Shown here: in pieces, positions 28,481 to 42,620 of the stretch
How positions within the stretch are numbered: position 1 is the first letter of the stretch
How the letters are laid out: each line of letters begins with the position of its first letter
Assembly: GCA_051453625.1 (NCBI GenBank)
Contig: JBOZIK010000001.1
Span: 36,694,799 to 36,755,469 of the forward strand
Direction: 5' to 3'
DNA from: Welwitschia mirabilis
Lineage: Eukaryota
Length of the DNA: 60,671 nucleotides
Translations under genes and position numbers: made by a program
The notes under the pieces: model-generated
Told to the model about the DNA's origin: nothing
Database searches by the model: none
Seen by the model: only the letters and a program-made list of their open reading frames with translations

Positions 28481-28958
28481 TAAAGTAAATTTCTTAAGTG
28501 ATATTTATATGAATGCAGTAAATGTTAATGCAAAGGGCTTAAATCCTTAGGTGAGTAACTAAAAAATTTATCAGTTTTAGGTCTTTGTCCCAATCCAAGG
28601 ATTGATTACATCCTCTTCAAAAGTGTGATCCTTGTCTCCAAAAGAAGCAAAAAGATAATAGGGTAAATCATATGGGTGGGATGTCCAAGTCATTGGCTAG
28701 TTTTAATTAACTCATCTATGTACCCTCTTAAGGGAGAGTAAAATATAATATTGGAAATCTACTAATGTTTATCTTAGACTTAGTAAATTTTAAATTTTTT
28801 ATAGTTATGCCTCCCTATCGACTTGTTGATGAAATCTAAGTAAACCCTACTACTATGCNNNNNNNNNNNNNNNNNNNNNNNNNNNNNNNNNNNNNNNNNN
28901 NNNNNNNNNNNNNNNNNNNNNNNNNNNNNNNNNNNNNNNNNNNNNNNNNNNNNNNNNN

Positions 28959-31900
28959 ATAAACCCTCCTCCTTATAAAGCCTCAACCTTCCAAAATAAG
29001 ATAAGAAATGATGAAGAAGAAGAGGACATCAAAATATTATAAAATCATAATTTCCCTTCTCCTTTAAATGATAAAAGTCAAAAGAAAAATTTTTCATAAA
29101 AAAAGAAAAAAAACCTACTACTCCTTGGCTTGATAGCCTAAACACTAATCCAACCTTTGTTGATCATCTTAAAGCCTTAATGAAAAATGTGGACATAAAC
29201 TTACCATTTTGAAAACTTTTGCAAGAAAACCCAAAATATTCTAAGTTATGAAAAGACTTAATAAGAAAAAAACAAAAACAAACTATACTTAGCAAAGTAT
29301 TTTTAGCTCAATCCCTAACCAACTTAGTCTTACAAAAATCTCCAAAATTTAAGGATCCAGGGGTAGCAACTATTAGTGTCACATTAGACGAAAACAAAAG
29401 AATTAAAAAAGCTTTAATTCACATTGAAGTGAGTGTCAACATTATACCATTACACATTTCTAAGAAACTCAGTTTAGAAGGTAGAAGAGAGCCTATTCAG
29501 ATTATCTTAGAATTAGGAGATACATCAATTAAGAAACCCTTCAAAGTCATAAAAGATTTAGTGATTCAAATTAAAGAGGCATTCTACTTGATAGATGTGG
29601 TTGTAATAGAGGTCAAATGTACTGGAGGTTATCCATTACTTCTAAGAAGAGCATTATGTACCATGGCTTATTACATTATCGATACGAGAATTGGGTTGAT
29701 AGAGTGTCAATTAAAGAATAAAAGGTTTATAATTAGAGTTTTTAATATAGCTGAGAAAGACTTAGGTGATGAATGAAATGTAAAAGATGAAATTAATCCA
29801 ACTTTGTTTTTGCAACATCATCCACTTGAAGAAAGATAGATAAAGTTATTCAAAACTACACTATATGATGATTTACTTGAGATAGAAAACTTAAATTTTT
29901 TTAATAAATTCAACTTTAAGCATTCAAAAAATAACCTTTTAGTTTATAAAGATGAAGAAATAGAATCTTTTACCTATAAACAAGTTTAACTATTGAAAAC
30001 AAATGAGATTTCATATTTTGAGGGATGTTGTCCACTTGTGACGTCCAAACAACAATCTGAGATGAAGGTCAATCTTGATAAATCTTTTACAGAAACTAAA
30101 AATTTTAATCTAAATCTGAATTTGAAACCTTTGCCTAGTGGTCTAAAATATATTTTCCTTTTTAATGATCAAAACAAATCTTTAATAATCAATAAAAACC
30201 TCTCTCCTAAATAAGAATCAACCTTAATCTCTATTTTGAATTCTAAAGTTAATGCACTAGCTTGGTCTCATAAAGATTTATCAGCCATTTCTTTCTCTAT
30301 TATTTAACATAAAATATATCTTGAGGAAAACTTAAAACCTGTTAGATAACCACAAATAAGATTTAATCTAGCACTTAAATAAGTAGTTAAGGAAGAAATC
30401 ATTAAATTAATGGGTACCAAGAACATTTATGCTATATCAGATAGTGAATGGATTAGTCCTTTAACTATTGTATCAAAGAAAGTTTGGAAACGAAGAATGT
30501 GCATAGATTTTAAAAAACTTAAAGAAGTCATGAAGAAAGATGATTGTCCTCTACTCTGACTTTGACCAAATACTTGATAGAATTTAGAGACATGATTTTT
30601 ATTGCTATTTTTGATGGATATAATGGTTATAATCAGGTTTACATAGCTAGTAAAGACTAGGCTAAAACAACTTTTACTTCATCTTTTGGAATGTTTATTT
30701 TTAGACAAATGCCTTTTGGACTTTGCAATGCTCTTGGAACTTTTCAATGTGATAGATGGATAGTTTTTCTGACATGTTAGAGGATTTGATACAAATCTTT
30801 ATGGATGACTTCTTAATCTTTGGGAAAGACTTTGACTAAATCTTAAAAATATTAGAAAAAGTCCTTAATCGATGCATAGAGTATGGCCTTTATTTAAGTT
30901 AGGAAAAGATCTTACTTTTAGTTGATAATGGAATAGTTCTAGGTTACCATGTTTCTTAAAAAAAATTAAGATGGAACCCGATAAAGTAAGCATCATTAAA
31001 AACTTAACTCCTCTAACTAATGTTAAATAAATTCAATCTTTTCTTAGACATTGTGGTTTTTATCATCACTTCACATAAGAATATGCTAAAATCTATAAAT
31101 TTCTACACTCATTACTAGAAAAATAAGAAAAATTTGAATGAAAGAAATATTTTCAACTTGCTTTCAATACACTTAAAAAAAAAAAAATCTTCTGCACCTA
31201 TTGTAACAGGACCCAATTAGGATAAGGATTTGAACTAATATGTGATGCTAGTAATATTGCTATAGGTGGGGTGCTTAGAAAAAAATATGAAAATAATTTT
31301 AAATTCATATATTACCATAGTAAAACATTATTCAAAGCTTAAACAAATTATACAACTATTGAGATAGAGATTTTAGCCATANNNNNNNNNNNNNNNNNNN
31401 NNNNNNNNNNNNNNNNNNNNNNNNNNNNNNNNNNNNNNNNNNNNNNNNNNNNNNNNNNNNNNNNNNNNNNNNNNNNNNNNNAATAATTTTAAATTCATGT
31501 ATTACCATAGTAAAACATTATTCAAAGCTTAAACAAATTACAAAACTATTAATAGATAGATGTTAGCCATAATCTTTTACCTTAATAATCTTAGACATTA
31601 TTTCTTAGGCTTCCATAGAAATGCTTATATAGACCATTCAGTTATTAGATACCTCATGACCAAGAGAGATTCTAGTACTAGATTGATTAGATGAACCCTC
31701 TTAATGTAAGAATTTAATCTCACCATCATAGGTAAGGTAGGAAAACATAATAATGTAGTAGATCATTTATCATGCCTTTTTTCTTTTGATGATATTTCTA
31801 TCAATGATTCTTTTCTTGATGGATAACTTTTTGCTATATCTTCTACTCATCTCCCTTCTTAGTATGTTGATATTATCAATTATCTTGTTACTTTAAAAAT

Positions 31901-34900
31901 ACCACAAAACTGGAGTCACAATTAAAGGAAATATTTTCTCCATAGAATAGGTGATTATGAATGGATAGAGCCACATCTTTATCATACGTGCAAAGATTAA
32001 ATATGAGAAAATGTGTTCCAGAATGGGAAAAATTAGATATTGTTCATCTTATCATAGTGGTATTTGTGGTGAACATTTTAGTGATTAGAAAATAGCCATG
32101 AAATTTCTCCATTCTAGATTTTATTGGCCTAGTCTTTTTTGAAACTCTTTTGATTATGTTAGAAGTTGTGATGCATGTCAACATTATGGTAGTCTTATAT
32201 GTTCTCAAGAAACGCCCCTTAAATCTATTATTAAATGTAAGCCTTTTGATTATTAGGGAATTTATTTCATAGGCCTAATTAAACCCCCTTCTAAGAATAA
32301 TAACTACATCTTAATGGATATTGATTATGTGACTAAATGGGTTGAAGCAATTCTTACTTCTTTAGATGATGCTTAGATGTTTGTAATTTTGTTAGAACTT
32401 AAATTTTTTAATGTTTTAGCTTTTTTTAAATAATCATTAGTGATCAGGGAACTCATTTTATTAATCATCTTTTTTAGAAAATTCTTTTATCCATTGAAAT
32501 AGAACATAGATTAACTTATGCTTATCATCCACAAACCAGTGGATAAGCTGAAAATGCTAATAGAGAAATTAAAGAAATGATTTAAAAACTTGTCTCTACT
32601 AATAAGAAATCTTAGGATTTTAAAATTAATGATGTTCTTTGGGATTACCGTATTACTTGGCATAATTCTCTTGGTCTCTCGCCTTATGAACTTATATATA
32701 TTAAAGTTCATGTTTTACTTATTGATGTTTAATTCCTATTATTTTATACATCAATTTAATCTTGTAAATTTAGGAAAAAAATATTAAAACTCATTTAGCT
32801 TAATTAAATCATTTAGATGAAAAATAGACTTGAGCTATTCATTGTAAACTTATTCATAAAGCTCAAAGTATGTTCAAACATGATAAAAAGTTAATCCATA
32901 AGAACTTTGAACTTAGTAAACTAGTTTTGTTATACAATACTAGAGTACATATTCTACATCATGAGTTAACCTCAAAATGATTAGGTTCTTATCTTATCAA
33001 GAAAGTATATTCTAATGGATCTATTTAGATTTTTGACTTAATCACTAAAGAGATTCAAAAAGTTAATGGACAAAGATTGAAAATATACAAGCAACCTTTT
33101 GATGCAATCTTAAATATAATAGAAGCACTTGTTTTGGAGGTTCCCCTCAATGAGAAGGATTTCCTCCCCACCATTATCTAAGTTCTCTCTTAGCTTATTT
33201 CTTTGGAGGATGTTATGATACTTTTTAACATGAATTATGTATTTTTATTATTATGATTAGTCTTTATACTTGGGCATTTTATAGTGGTTAGATTGGATTC
33301 ACCCAATCTAAAGACATTTACACATATATAAACTTGATTTCAAAGAAGATGCTTTATTTCTTACATTTTTCTCAAAGGTGAAAGGTCTTTGATTGTTTAG
33401 GTATATTCTTTTCTGTCTTTCATCTTAATACTTCATCTCCATCTTTTAGGGTGTATGATCATGTGAAATTATCTATGGTTTTATTTTTAGGGGCAGGAAA
33501 AAAAAGAAAAAAATAGAGAAAGAAAGAAAATAAGATCATGATGTTTTATATCTAAAATAGCTTAAAAACATAGTATTCATGATGTCCTACCACAAGTACA
33601 TTGAGGTAAATTTTCCCAAAAGGGGCTTTTAGTAGTGTGATATGGTAGTTGTGGGAACTCCATTGGGAGGTTAGTTGGCCATTCTTCACAGGTCCTTAGT
33701 TTCTCTAACTATGGTTGCACTCTCTTCATCATGGAAAACAGAATAATAAAAACTTTAAGGCTATGAGATCAATGATGTTTCTAGTATCATCAGAAGCATG
33801 CGTATTTCCTAGACTCTTAGTCTTTTCATGTGATCTTTTACTTTTGAGGATTTAGGTGTGTGTTTTAAGATGTATGCAAGTAAGTTCATTTCTAAGAAAC
33901 TCTTCGATCTTATCATTCATTATCTAGAGCATTTGATTTTTAGCATTATCATAACCACTACATTATCAAATGGAAATTTATAGAGTTATACATTTAATCA
34001 TGCATTTTAAATCAATTGATGTTATAATTTCTTCCACAAGAGTTTGCTAGATTAGAATTTAAGGTCAGTAGGCTATCTTCTTTATTTTCCTTATGTCCAT
34101 TTTTCATTTTGTTTTTTGCCTTCATTTTTAGGTTAGTTATTTTAAAGTTATTTATGTATTTTCTTATCATTTTAGGATCTTAACATTTAATAGTTTCCTT
34201 GCTTAATTTTTAATAAAAGGCTAATTTATTAATTAGATAAGTTTCCTTGTAAGTTTTATGATGTTTATTTGCAGTCTTTTAGAACTGATTCATCCCACTT
34301 AGCACATTTTTGTTGCTTAATATTTCCACACTTCACATTTCATATTTATTAGAATATTCTCCAAATCTTTATTTTTTAAATCTCACATTTTTACACGAAT
34401 CTCTAAACTTAACTTGTCGACTATTAAAATTTATTTTTTTGAAAAACACCCATTATCCATATTATCGTCTAGACATATTGATTTTCACGTGATTTCTTCA
34501 CTCTATTAACCAATAAAGGATGTATTATTTTTCTTAGGGGAGAGCAAGACTTATTTTCATAATTTTTACACCAAAAAAATCAATTTATGGGATCATTTTA
34601 GAGCTTCCATAAGATAGAATTTTTGTGATTTATACTCGATACACATGATGCAATATATTTTTTTTTTCCTCTATGAGATGTTTGAAATTATTTATGAGCT
34701 TGTTTTATAATTTCTAAATTAATTTTTTTTCATTTAAGACAATTTGGTTCATAATCATAGTTGTTTACCTGGTGTTGTTAGGGATTGACAAGGTTAAGTG
34801 GAGGGATATAATGCACTACTAAATTTTGTTTATTCGATGGGATATTATGAGTTATTTTCTAGGACATTTATATAATTTTATATGTAATTTTGATGATTAT

Positions 34901-36133
34901 AGAGAGTTTATGGGATGATCATGGAAACATCCAATTCTTAGCATATTTAGAGGTATTTTAGGCATATTTTGATACTTAATGCTTTGGAGAAAGATCAATA
35001 ATGCAAAAGGCTGATTTATCTTAAGCTAGAAAGATAAGAAAGACTATTGTCCCCACTATTGCTCCCATGACAAGCAAGATGACAACACTTTAGTAGCTAT
35101 TTAGGATGCTGATGTGGATTGGAGCTAGAAGCCAATGAGTACTCCTTTCTAAAGAGGTGTCATCCCTAGTGTCGGCCCCATGACATTCAGAACAACAACA
35201 CATTTGGAGCCAACTACAGGACTAACTGTAAAGCTAGAAGTTGATGACTCATCTATATTATAGGGAATCCTCCCCTATGTCATCCCCATGATACTCAGGA
35301 TAACACTAAAACAACTTGCCAACTTTCATTCATTTCATACATTTCTTTCTTAGGATTAAGCGCATTTACAACCCAACTATTACACCTTGAGCGATGGTTA
35401 AATTTTCCTTTTTATATAAATAAACCTTCCTTTCAATCCTCCTATCATCTTCGATGCACTGGAAATTCTTATGCTAGGAGATTAAATGATGGGAGATCCA
35501 TCCACTGTAGTTGCAAAGAGATGTCTTCTTTGGTGTTAAGCTATGCATCCTCTAATGAGGTGCAACTACTTTGTAACTTGAATGCTGGTTTTCTTAATAC
35601 AAACTCTGTTTCTCTTTTGTTTCTTTAATAATTTACATATCCATTATGGTTTATATTGTTCTTGATTTAATGATAATTTTACTTATGATACAGGTCTTAA
35701 GAGAAAACCTTGTTAAGATTGAAAAAATTAGTTTAGGTACATTTTAGATTATCTTGCATTACCCTCTATTCGAATGACTTGATAGCTTAAGTTAGTTAAG
35801 GTTAGTGACAGTTTCCTTAGCTAATTTAGATTATGTAGGGACAATTCTCCTAACGAGTTAATTTGGTAATTAGATAGGTGTTCATCTAGATTAGGTTGCA
35901 TTTGCATTACATTGTGTGTTTATTTACTTGCATCATTGCATTACTCTTTAGGTTTAATAGCATACAATATTTTCTTTGAAAATTAATTCTCCTTCTTCTC
36001 TTACATGCCTTTAATGGGCTTACGACATTTAGGTCATTCCATTTATACTAGTGTATCATATTTGCAATATATTTATTTGTGATTAACAATATTTGATAAA
36101 GGATGAAACATTACAAAATTATGTACCACAATA
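28959..36133 (+). mobile_element. Decayed Ty3/gypsy (Athila-like) retrotransposon with 5' part missing: PR-RT-RH-IN, PPT, 3' LTR
   Basis: Protease ALIHIEVSVNIIP; RT RMCIDF, MPFGLCNA, IFMDDFLIFG (~30795); RNase H FELICDASNIAIGGVL; integrase SCDACQ, IDYVTKWVEA, IISDQGTHF, AYHPQTSG. PPT AAGTGGAGGGA at ~34796-34806. Colinear with the element at 41380-54627. Confidence 0.92.
34807..36133 (+). repeat. 3' LTR of the first Athila-like element
   Basis: Follows the PPT. Homologous to the LTRs at 41380 and 53374 (e.g. TTGGTGTT..GCT.TG.ATCC, TTTGAAA.TTAATTCTC, terminal ..ACCACAA.A). Both termini have decayed from TG/CA to TA/TA. Confidence 0.75.
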
Positions 36134-38300
36134 ATATCACTTGATATCCAAATCCTTGTCACTTTAATCTACATCAATATTCTTATTTATTTTCATGGGG
36201 TTGAAATTAGTTTTCTTGTGACTGTTCTGAATTTCTTATCAATTCACTTGAAAACTTCTATTATGATAGAGATACTCCATTTTTGAGCTAGTTTGTCAAT
36301 AATCTAATAAACATTTGTATGTCATCTAGATGGATCATCTCAAAATGATTACTCATTATCTTTGGAAAATCATGAAAAAAGGATTTAAGAGTAGAACAAA
36401 AAATAATATTATTAACATAAATTTGCACCATAAGAAATCTAGATTTAATTATTTTCACAATGAAAGTCTTAGTTACTTATCTTTAACAAACTTATGTTTA
36501 AACAAGAATGGGGTAATGAGGTCATACCATGTTCTAGATGCTTGCGTTAATTCATACAATGCCTTTTCAATCTATAAACATGGTTAAAATTCTTCAAGTA
36601 TCTAAAACTAAAAGCCTTTTCTATGTATACTAACTCATTTAAATTTTTTATTTTAAAATGCACTTTTAACATCTATTTGATAAATTTTAAAATTAATAAA
36701 ATAAGATAGAGCTAGAAATAATATACTAAACTCTAATATAGCTATAGAAGTAAAATTATCTTTAAAGTTAATGCCTTTCTTTTGGATGTACTCTTGTGCC
36801 ACTAACCTTGCTATACTTATGATGATTTTAGAAATTTCATTCCATGTTTTCTTAAAGACTCAATTGTTTTCCTTGGCATTATAATTTTTGGATCTAGGAA
36901 CAACTTCTTATATTTTATTCTTTTTGAACTGATTGAGTTCATCTTACATGGATTTCATTTAACATTCATTATTTTTAGCTTTATGACAGGTCTTAAGATT
37001 AAGAGTGAAAATAAAACATACATTGACATAGATTGAGCCAATTTTCTTAATCTTATAAAAAACAATCACTGACGACTAAATCAATATATACATCTGTAAA
37101 AACTATAATGTCCTTTGGTTAATGTTAAGGGGTTAAAGTGCTTGATTTCTTAGGAAAAGGTGGAGAACCAAAGGATACTAATGTTGAGGTTGATTATTTT
37201 ATTTAATTCTATTTTAAATTATCTCTACTCCTTCACTGTTATCTTTATTATTATTTTCTTCTTTGACAAAAATCTTAATAAAACACATTTCTCCACTTTA
37301 TTAAAGTTATAGTTTTAGACTTTGAAAGGTTATCTCTGAATACCCAATAAGTGTACCTTCTATAGCTTTAGACTTAAAACTTTTGATATTTTATATATGT
37401 TTTGAGATATAAAATTTGCTTTAAAAGATCTTAAAGTAGGAAACATTTGGCATTTTGACTTTCCACATCTCACAGAAAGCCTTTATCATACTTAGCTTAT
37501 GGAAAGCATGATTAGAGACATAACAAGTAGTATTGAATGCTTTAAGCCAAAATCTCTTAGCTAGGTTCTTTTATTATAAGATAGTCTTAGTTATCTTTAA
37601 TTACTTTAAAATAATTAGATAATAAATTCAAATTTCAACAATTAGACCTTTACTTACTTAAAAATAATTAAACAAATACAAACTTCAATGGTTAGCTCTA
37701 ATACTAGTTGATAAGATAAGCTGTATAGAGGAGAGGATGAATAGAATAACTAAACAAAATTTTTCTTGTTTTAAATTAAATTAGTATTACATACCAATAA
37801 TTTTAAATAATTTAATAAACTTAATTAAGCATAATGTCTAAGGAATTGAGAGAGTAAAGTAGAAGACACACAAGTACTAAAATAAGCCTATTTGCTTTAT
37901 TAACGAGTAAAGCCATCATAAAACCCTAATAAGCCTTTTTAGCAATCCTTAACCAATGGGAATTTACCATTTTCGTTAGTTTCTAGTTACTACCATACTT
38001 TTCTTTAGTTGAAAATGATGTAAGAAAAAAAATACAATAAAGATTAAGGTAAAGTTTATGCCTTTTATTTACATTATAGAATATTTGATGATTTGAAATG
38101 TTTAGATGTATAACCATGATTTAGTTATATATAAATCACGTTTTTAGTTATTCTGCATCATAATCATAAGTACAAGATATTAGGTTGAAAAATTATGATT
38201 AAATAGATCTTAATGGCTACAAAAAAGGTGATAATTTATTTCTAATAGCTATCTAGAGTTTTTATTTTTTGACAGTCAATCCATGACTAGTTAACCATCC
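36134..38300 (-). mobile_element. Heavily decayed, internally deleted SIRE-type Ty1/copia remnant with PBS and 5' LTR end
   Basis: On the minus strand: RT VQIYVNNIIFCST (~36390-36430, QIYVDDIIFGST-like) and VYRLK/ALYELTQASRTWY (~36525-36585); integrase FWLKAFNTTCYVSN (~37510-37555). Decayed Met-i PBS reverse complement GCTCTAATACTA at 37695-37706, followed by TG..AGAGGAGAGGATGAATAG (a decayed SIRE LTR end). Right end approximate. Confidence 0.75.
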
Positions 38301-39072
38301 AGTGGTCAACCCCTATCCTTTCTTAATTGCCTTCTAAGAAGTCTTCATAATTCTATCACTACTTGATTGACCTTCTGTTGTTCATTGGTTGATTACTTTT
38401 TAGACTGGACATCTTAACTCTGCAAAGCCTAGTGAATGCTCATGATAGATCTAGTTAAATCCTTAAATACTTTTTGGGTTCTTTCATATTTTATATTTGG
38501 CAAGACTTTAGATAATTTGAATTTTAAGCTTCATAGGGGAATTTTTGTGATTGAAATAATTTACTTATTACTATCATATTTAAGATTTGATTTGTCATCA
38601 TTAGACAATTAGAAAGTGCAATTTAGTACTTACATAAGTCTGATACCATACTTTAGTGCTCCTTATATTTTTCTTAAATTGACTCTTTCTTTCTTTTCTA
38701 AATTCTAGAATATTATCTTTTTTAATTTATTTTTACTTCTATCTTGAAAATTTCCTTTGAATCCTATTATTATTTAAGTAAATTTTCTTAATAAGGTTAT
38801 TAGATTGGGTCTTCGATTTTTAATTCTATGAACTTTAATTCTTTTCATGATTTTAATCTTTCTCTTAACTTGATTAATGGAACTTCTTCTAAGATTCTTC
38901 ATTAATCTTCATAAAGGATTAATATCTAAAGAATCTAGATTTTGAGTTTAAGAAGTTTTTATTATAATTTATTAAATTAATTAAGAAATAAGTACATAAA
39001 TATTACATTTATTTATATGTTTCCATAGTTACTTTTATTATTTAACTATATGAATTCTTGTTAAAACTAATA

Positions 39073-39869
39073 TGTAGGAATACATATGGTAATAAATGAA
39101 AGAAAGATAGAATAGGTGGAAGAGGAGAGGGTTAAATATACATATTTGGAACAAACTATAAGAAATTAGTAATAACTAGTTATGACGACTTATGTTCGAA
39201 TAGAATATAAATAGAAGTCTAAGCCATATATGGCAATATTGTTAGGAATGAGTGAAAATTCAAAACAGATTTTATCTAAGAATATGCATTACTTAGAGCT
39301 ATTTAGAGTAGGATAACTTAGGTCTGTACCATTTCCTATTAAGCATATTTATGTTGTATTGTTCTTCATTATGTAGTTAATCTTACCTCTATATTTAAAA
39401 CCTTAACTTAAATTATAATAAAAGAGTTATAAATATTAGTTAACTTGACTTAGTATTTCATCTATTTTCTTTCTTTCTTTATAATCTATAAATTTATTAA
39501 TTATAAAGTCAAGTAACCATTTGAGTATGGAAATAGATTCTTTAAAAACCTAATAATGACTTACACTTTAATACAAAGGTTAGGTTTTAAAAGTTTAAAT
39601 TTTAATTTAACATCTCATTATAATGAAATACTAATTTGAAAATATTAGTTTGAAACCTGCATATTTTTTATTTAATGCATAGCTTTTCTTCCTTAAAATT
39701 ATTTCTTTTATATAGTTGTGAATAATGTTAGTTTTACATACTTTAAGTCTAGAACCCTAAGAAATGATAAAATAATGTATAAATCATAGTAAGATTGACT
39801 TAAGATAATAAAGTCTACTACCCTACAGTGTCACTACTCGTGCCATCACTTTGGCATTATTGCTAGGGA
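39073..39869 (+). mobile_element. Possible LTR plus Athila-type PBS remnant
   Basis: CCATCA ending at 39848 is followed by CTTTGGCATTATTGCTAGGGA, a transition-mutated form of the tRNA-Asp PBS TTTGGCGCCGTTGCCGGGGA. The LTR start (TG at 39073) is a guess. Confidence 0.4.
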
Positions 39870-41379
39870 AAGTACTAAATAGGTAAGTAGGAAGAATTAG
39901 CATTAGATTAATAAAGTAGAAAATAAAAAAAAAAATTTAATTTTACTTTTTAAGAAATATGAGAATGGGAGATGGAGAGACCATCTCAAATGATCTTATA
40001 AGACTCCACAATATTAGGATTAAATTCAATGATAAGGACACTTTAATCATTTATTTTATTAATAAAGAAGATTTGAATGTAGATTTTAAGTCATTGGAAT
40101 AAATAAATGCTATGAATTTAAATCTAAAATATATTTACAAGAAGCTAAAATGAAGAAAAACTTTCAAGATTGTTTAAATCAACTTTCCAAGGTATTATAT
40201 ACTAGAAGGTGAATGGTTGAATATAGTTACTAATATTGCTATAAATTCCTTATAACAAGATGATGGAAATCTACACCTTTGGCTATGGACCACTTTCATA
40301 AACTCATATAATTTAGTCCTTTAGATGGAAAAATTCGAAACATACCTAATAAAATTAAAAATATTAATTTAGCATTATTATCTACATTTGAGGATAGTAG
40401 TGTTAGAATTTTGGAATAGGCATCTCGTGGTATGATGTTTAAAATTGTAAAAAGTTTAATTATTTTGTGAGCATCAAAAGAAAAAGTAAAGAAGTTAATT
40501 TTTTAATATATTTTAATTATTATTAAATAATTGATAATTAAAAATTAAACATCATTACAAATAACAATTTCATTACAAAAATATAATAGAATAGTGACTA
40601 GTATTATGTTTTTTTTTAGGGAGGTCAGTTATGGATGAACGATCTACCAAAGTCTTAGCCTTAGGATTTTCTAAATTCAAGTGTTTTGTCGTACTTCATT
40701 TAACTTTGTAATGTTTCTTCTTCTTGTATGAATTTTTTTCTTCCAAATGAATGATATTTGTCTATATAGCATTTCACCAAGTGGAACAAATTATATCTTT
40801 TAGTTATAAAATAAAATATTTTATATCATGTTTTATTAACCAAGTTAATAATTACTTAAGTTAAATTTTATTAATTTATTAAAAAATTCTTTTAATTTTA
40901 GCTTAGNNNNNNNNNNNNNNNNNNNNNNNNNNNNNNNNNNNNNNNNNNNNNNNNNNNNNNNNNNNNNNNNNNNNNNNNNNNNNTATTAAATTGATCATCT
41001 TTAAAGTTGTTTTATCTTTAGGTTTTATTTTAGGAATTAGTAGGACAATAACACTTAAAAACCTTCATCACACTTTTTGAAGTACCTTGTTTTATAAATT
41101 ATTTTTTTTCTTTGTAAGCCTTTTTTCGCTTTGTCTTACTTTAAGTTCAAATTGTTGAATTTAAATAATTTCTTCATTAATTATTATTTCTTCTTATTTT
41201 TTTAACTTTGTCTTACTTTAACACTTTAACTTCAAATCTATTGAATTTAAATTAGTAAATTATTTCTTTAATAATTATTATTCTTTCTTTTAGGAAGGTA
41301 ACTTTTTCCCTAAAGTATTTATTTTATATTAGAACTTGTTTTATTATTACACAAAGTTACAAAGTATAAATATAAATAT

Positions 41380-42620
41380 TGTTTCACTACCAAAGTATAT
41401 GCACTAGTAGGGTATTTTAAATAGTTCTATATGACATTAGATGAGAATGCTGAATTTCAATGGTAATGGAGAACTAAGGAAAATATCATGAAAACATGTA
41501 ATCTTCGTTACATTTAATAGCATTTAAAGAAAATCACAATACTTCTAATCTAAAGCAGCAATCCTATAATCAAAGAGGCTAACTCAACACAAGAAAAATC
41601 TTTATGAAGCCTATTGATCACCTCATCGTCTAGATGACTATATGAATGAGAGAAGTACTTATGTTGATAAGAATAGTTACTAGACTAATCTGGCAGCTGA
41701 TGTAAAACTTATCTGTGACATTCAGATGACTAGTAGAAAGACACCTAAAGATAACACTTCACAAAACTCCATCAAAATTTTGCCATATGTCTTACACCTT
41801 CTTGCATAGTTATTAGGGTTTTTACTACATCTGTTAGTATTTTTTATTATTAAAGTCTATTTTATAATAAATACCTCCTTCACCCTCAACTTCAATTTCA
41901 TCTTCTTTGGCTCTAAAAATTCTCATAATAGGAGATTGAAGGGTAGGAGGTCTATCCCTTGTTATTATAGAGAGACATCTCCTTGGTGTTGGGCTGTGTA
42001 TCCTTCATTAAGGTATTGCTACTTTGTAACATAGATGTTAGTTTAACTTGATAAAAACTTTATTTTTATTTTTATATTTTTGGTTATATGCATCTCCCTT
42101 ATAGTTTATATTACTTTTGATTCTGTGATAGATTTATCTATGATATAGATTATAAGGGTAACTTTTGTTAAGGTTGACATTATTAGTTTAGGTGAATTAC
42201 ATTTCATTTCCTAGATTAACTCTACATGGTTTCATATTCTATTCTACACACGTGATAGCTTAAGTTGGTTTTGATCTAGTAAGGACTTTCCTTAATTGAT
42301 CTAGGTTGTATAGGGCTAATCTCTATGATAAGTTGATTTGGTAATTAGATAGATGTCACACTTAGAATAGAATTTGAATCTCATTTGCATAGTGTATTTA
42401 TTTGTATTGTTATTTGCATTGTTATTGTTCTATTAGAGATTACATAAGTATTTCATTTGAAATTAATTCTCTTTATTCTTGTCTGTGCTTTTAATGGAAT
42501 TACGAAATTTGAATTACTTCCATATATATTATTGTACTGTGTTATGCAATATATATATATATTGGTAATTTTTAGGATTTATTTGAGATTGTAACATTTG
42601 CATAAATATGCACTGCAACA
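41380..42620 (+). repeat. 5' LTR of the full-length Athila-like element
   Basis: Starts TGTTTCACTACCAAAG and ends CACTGCAACA, followed by the PBS. Colinear with 53374-54627. Confidence 0.9.

Noticed and set aside
38636..38650. TCTGATACCA, resembling a reverse Met-i PBS
   Set aside because: Not adjacent to an LTR-terminal TG. Probably chance or an isolated fragment.
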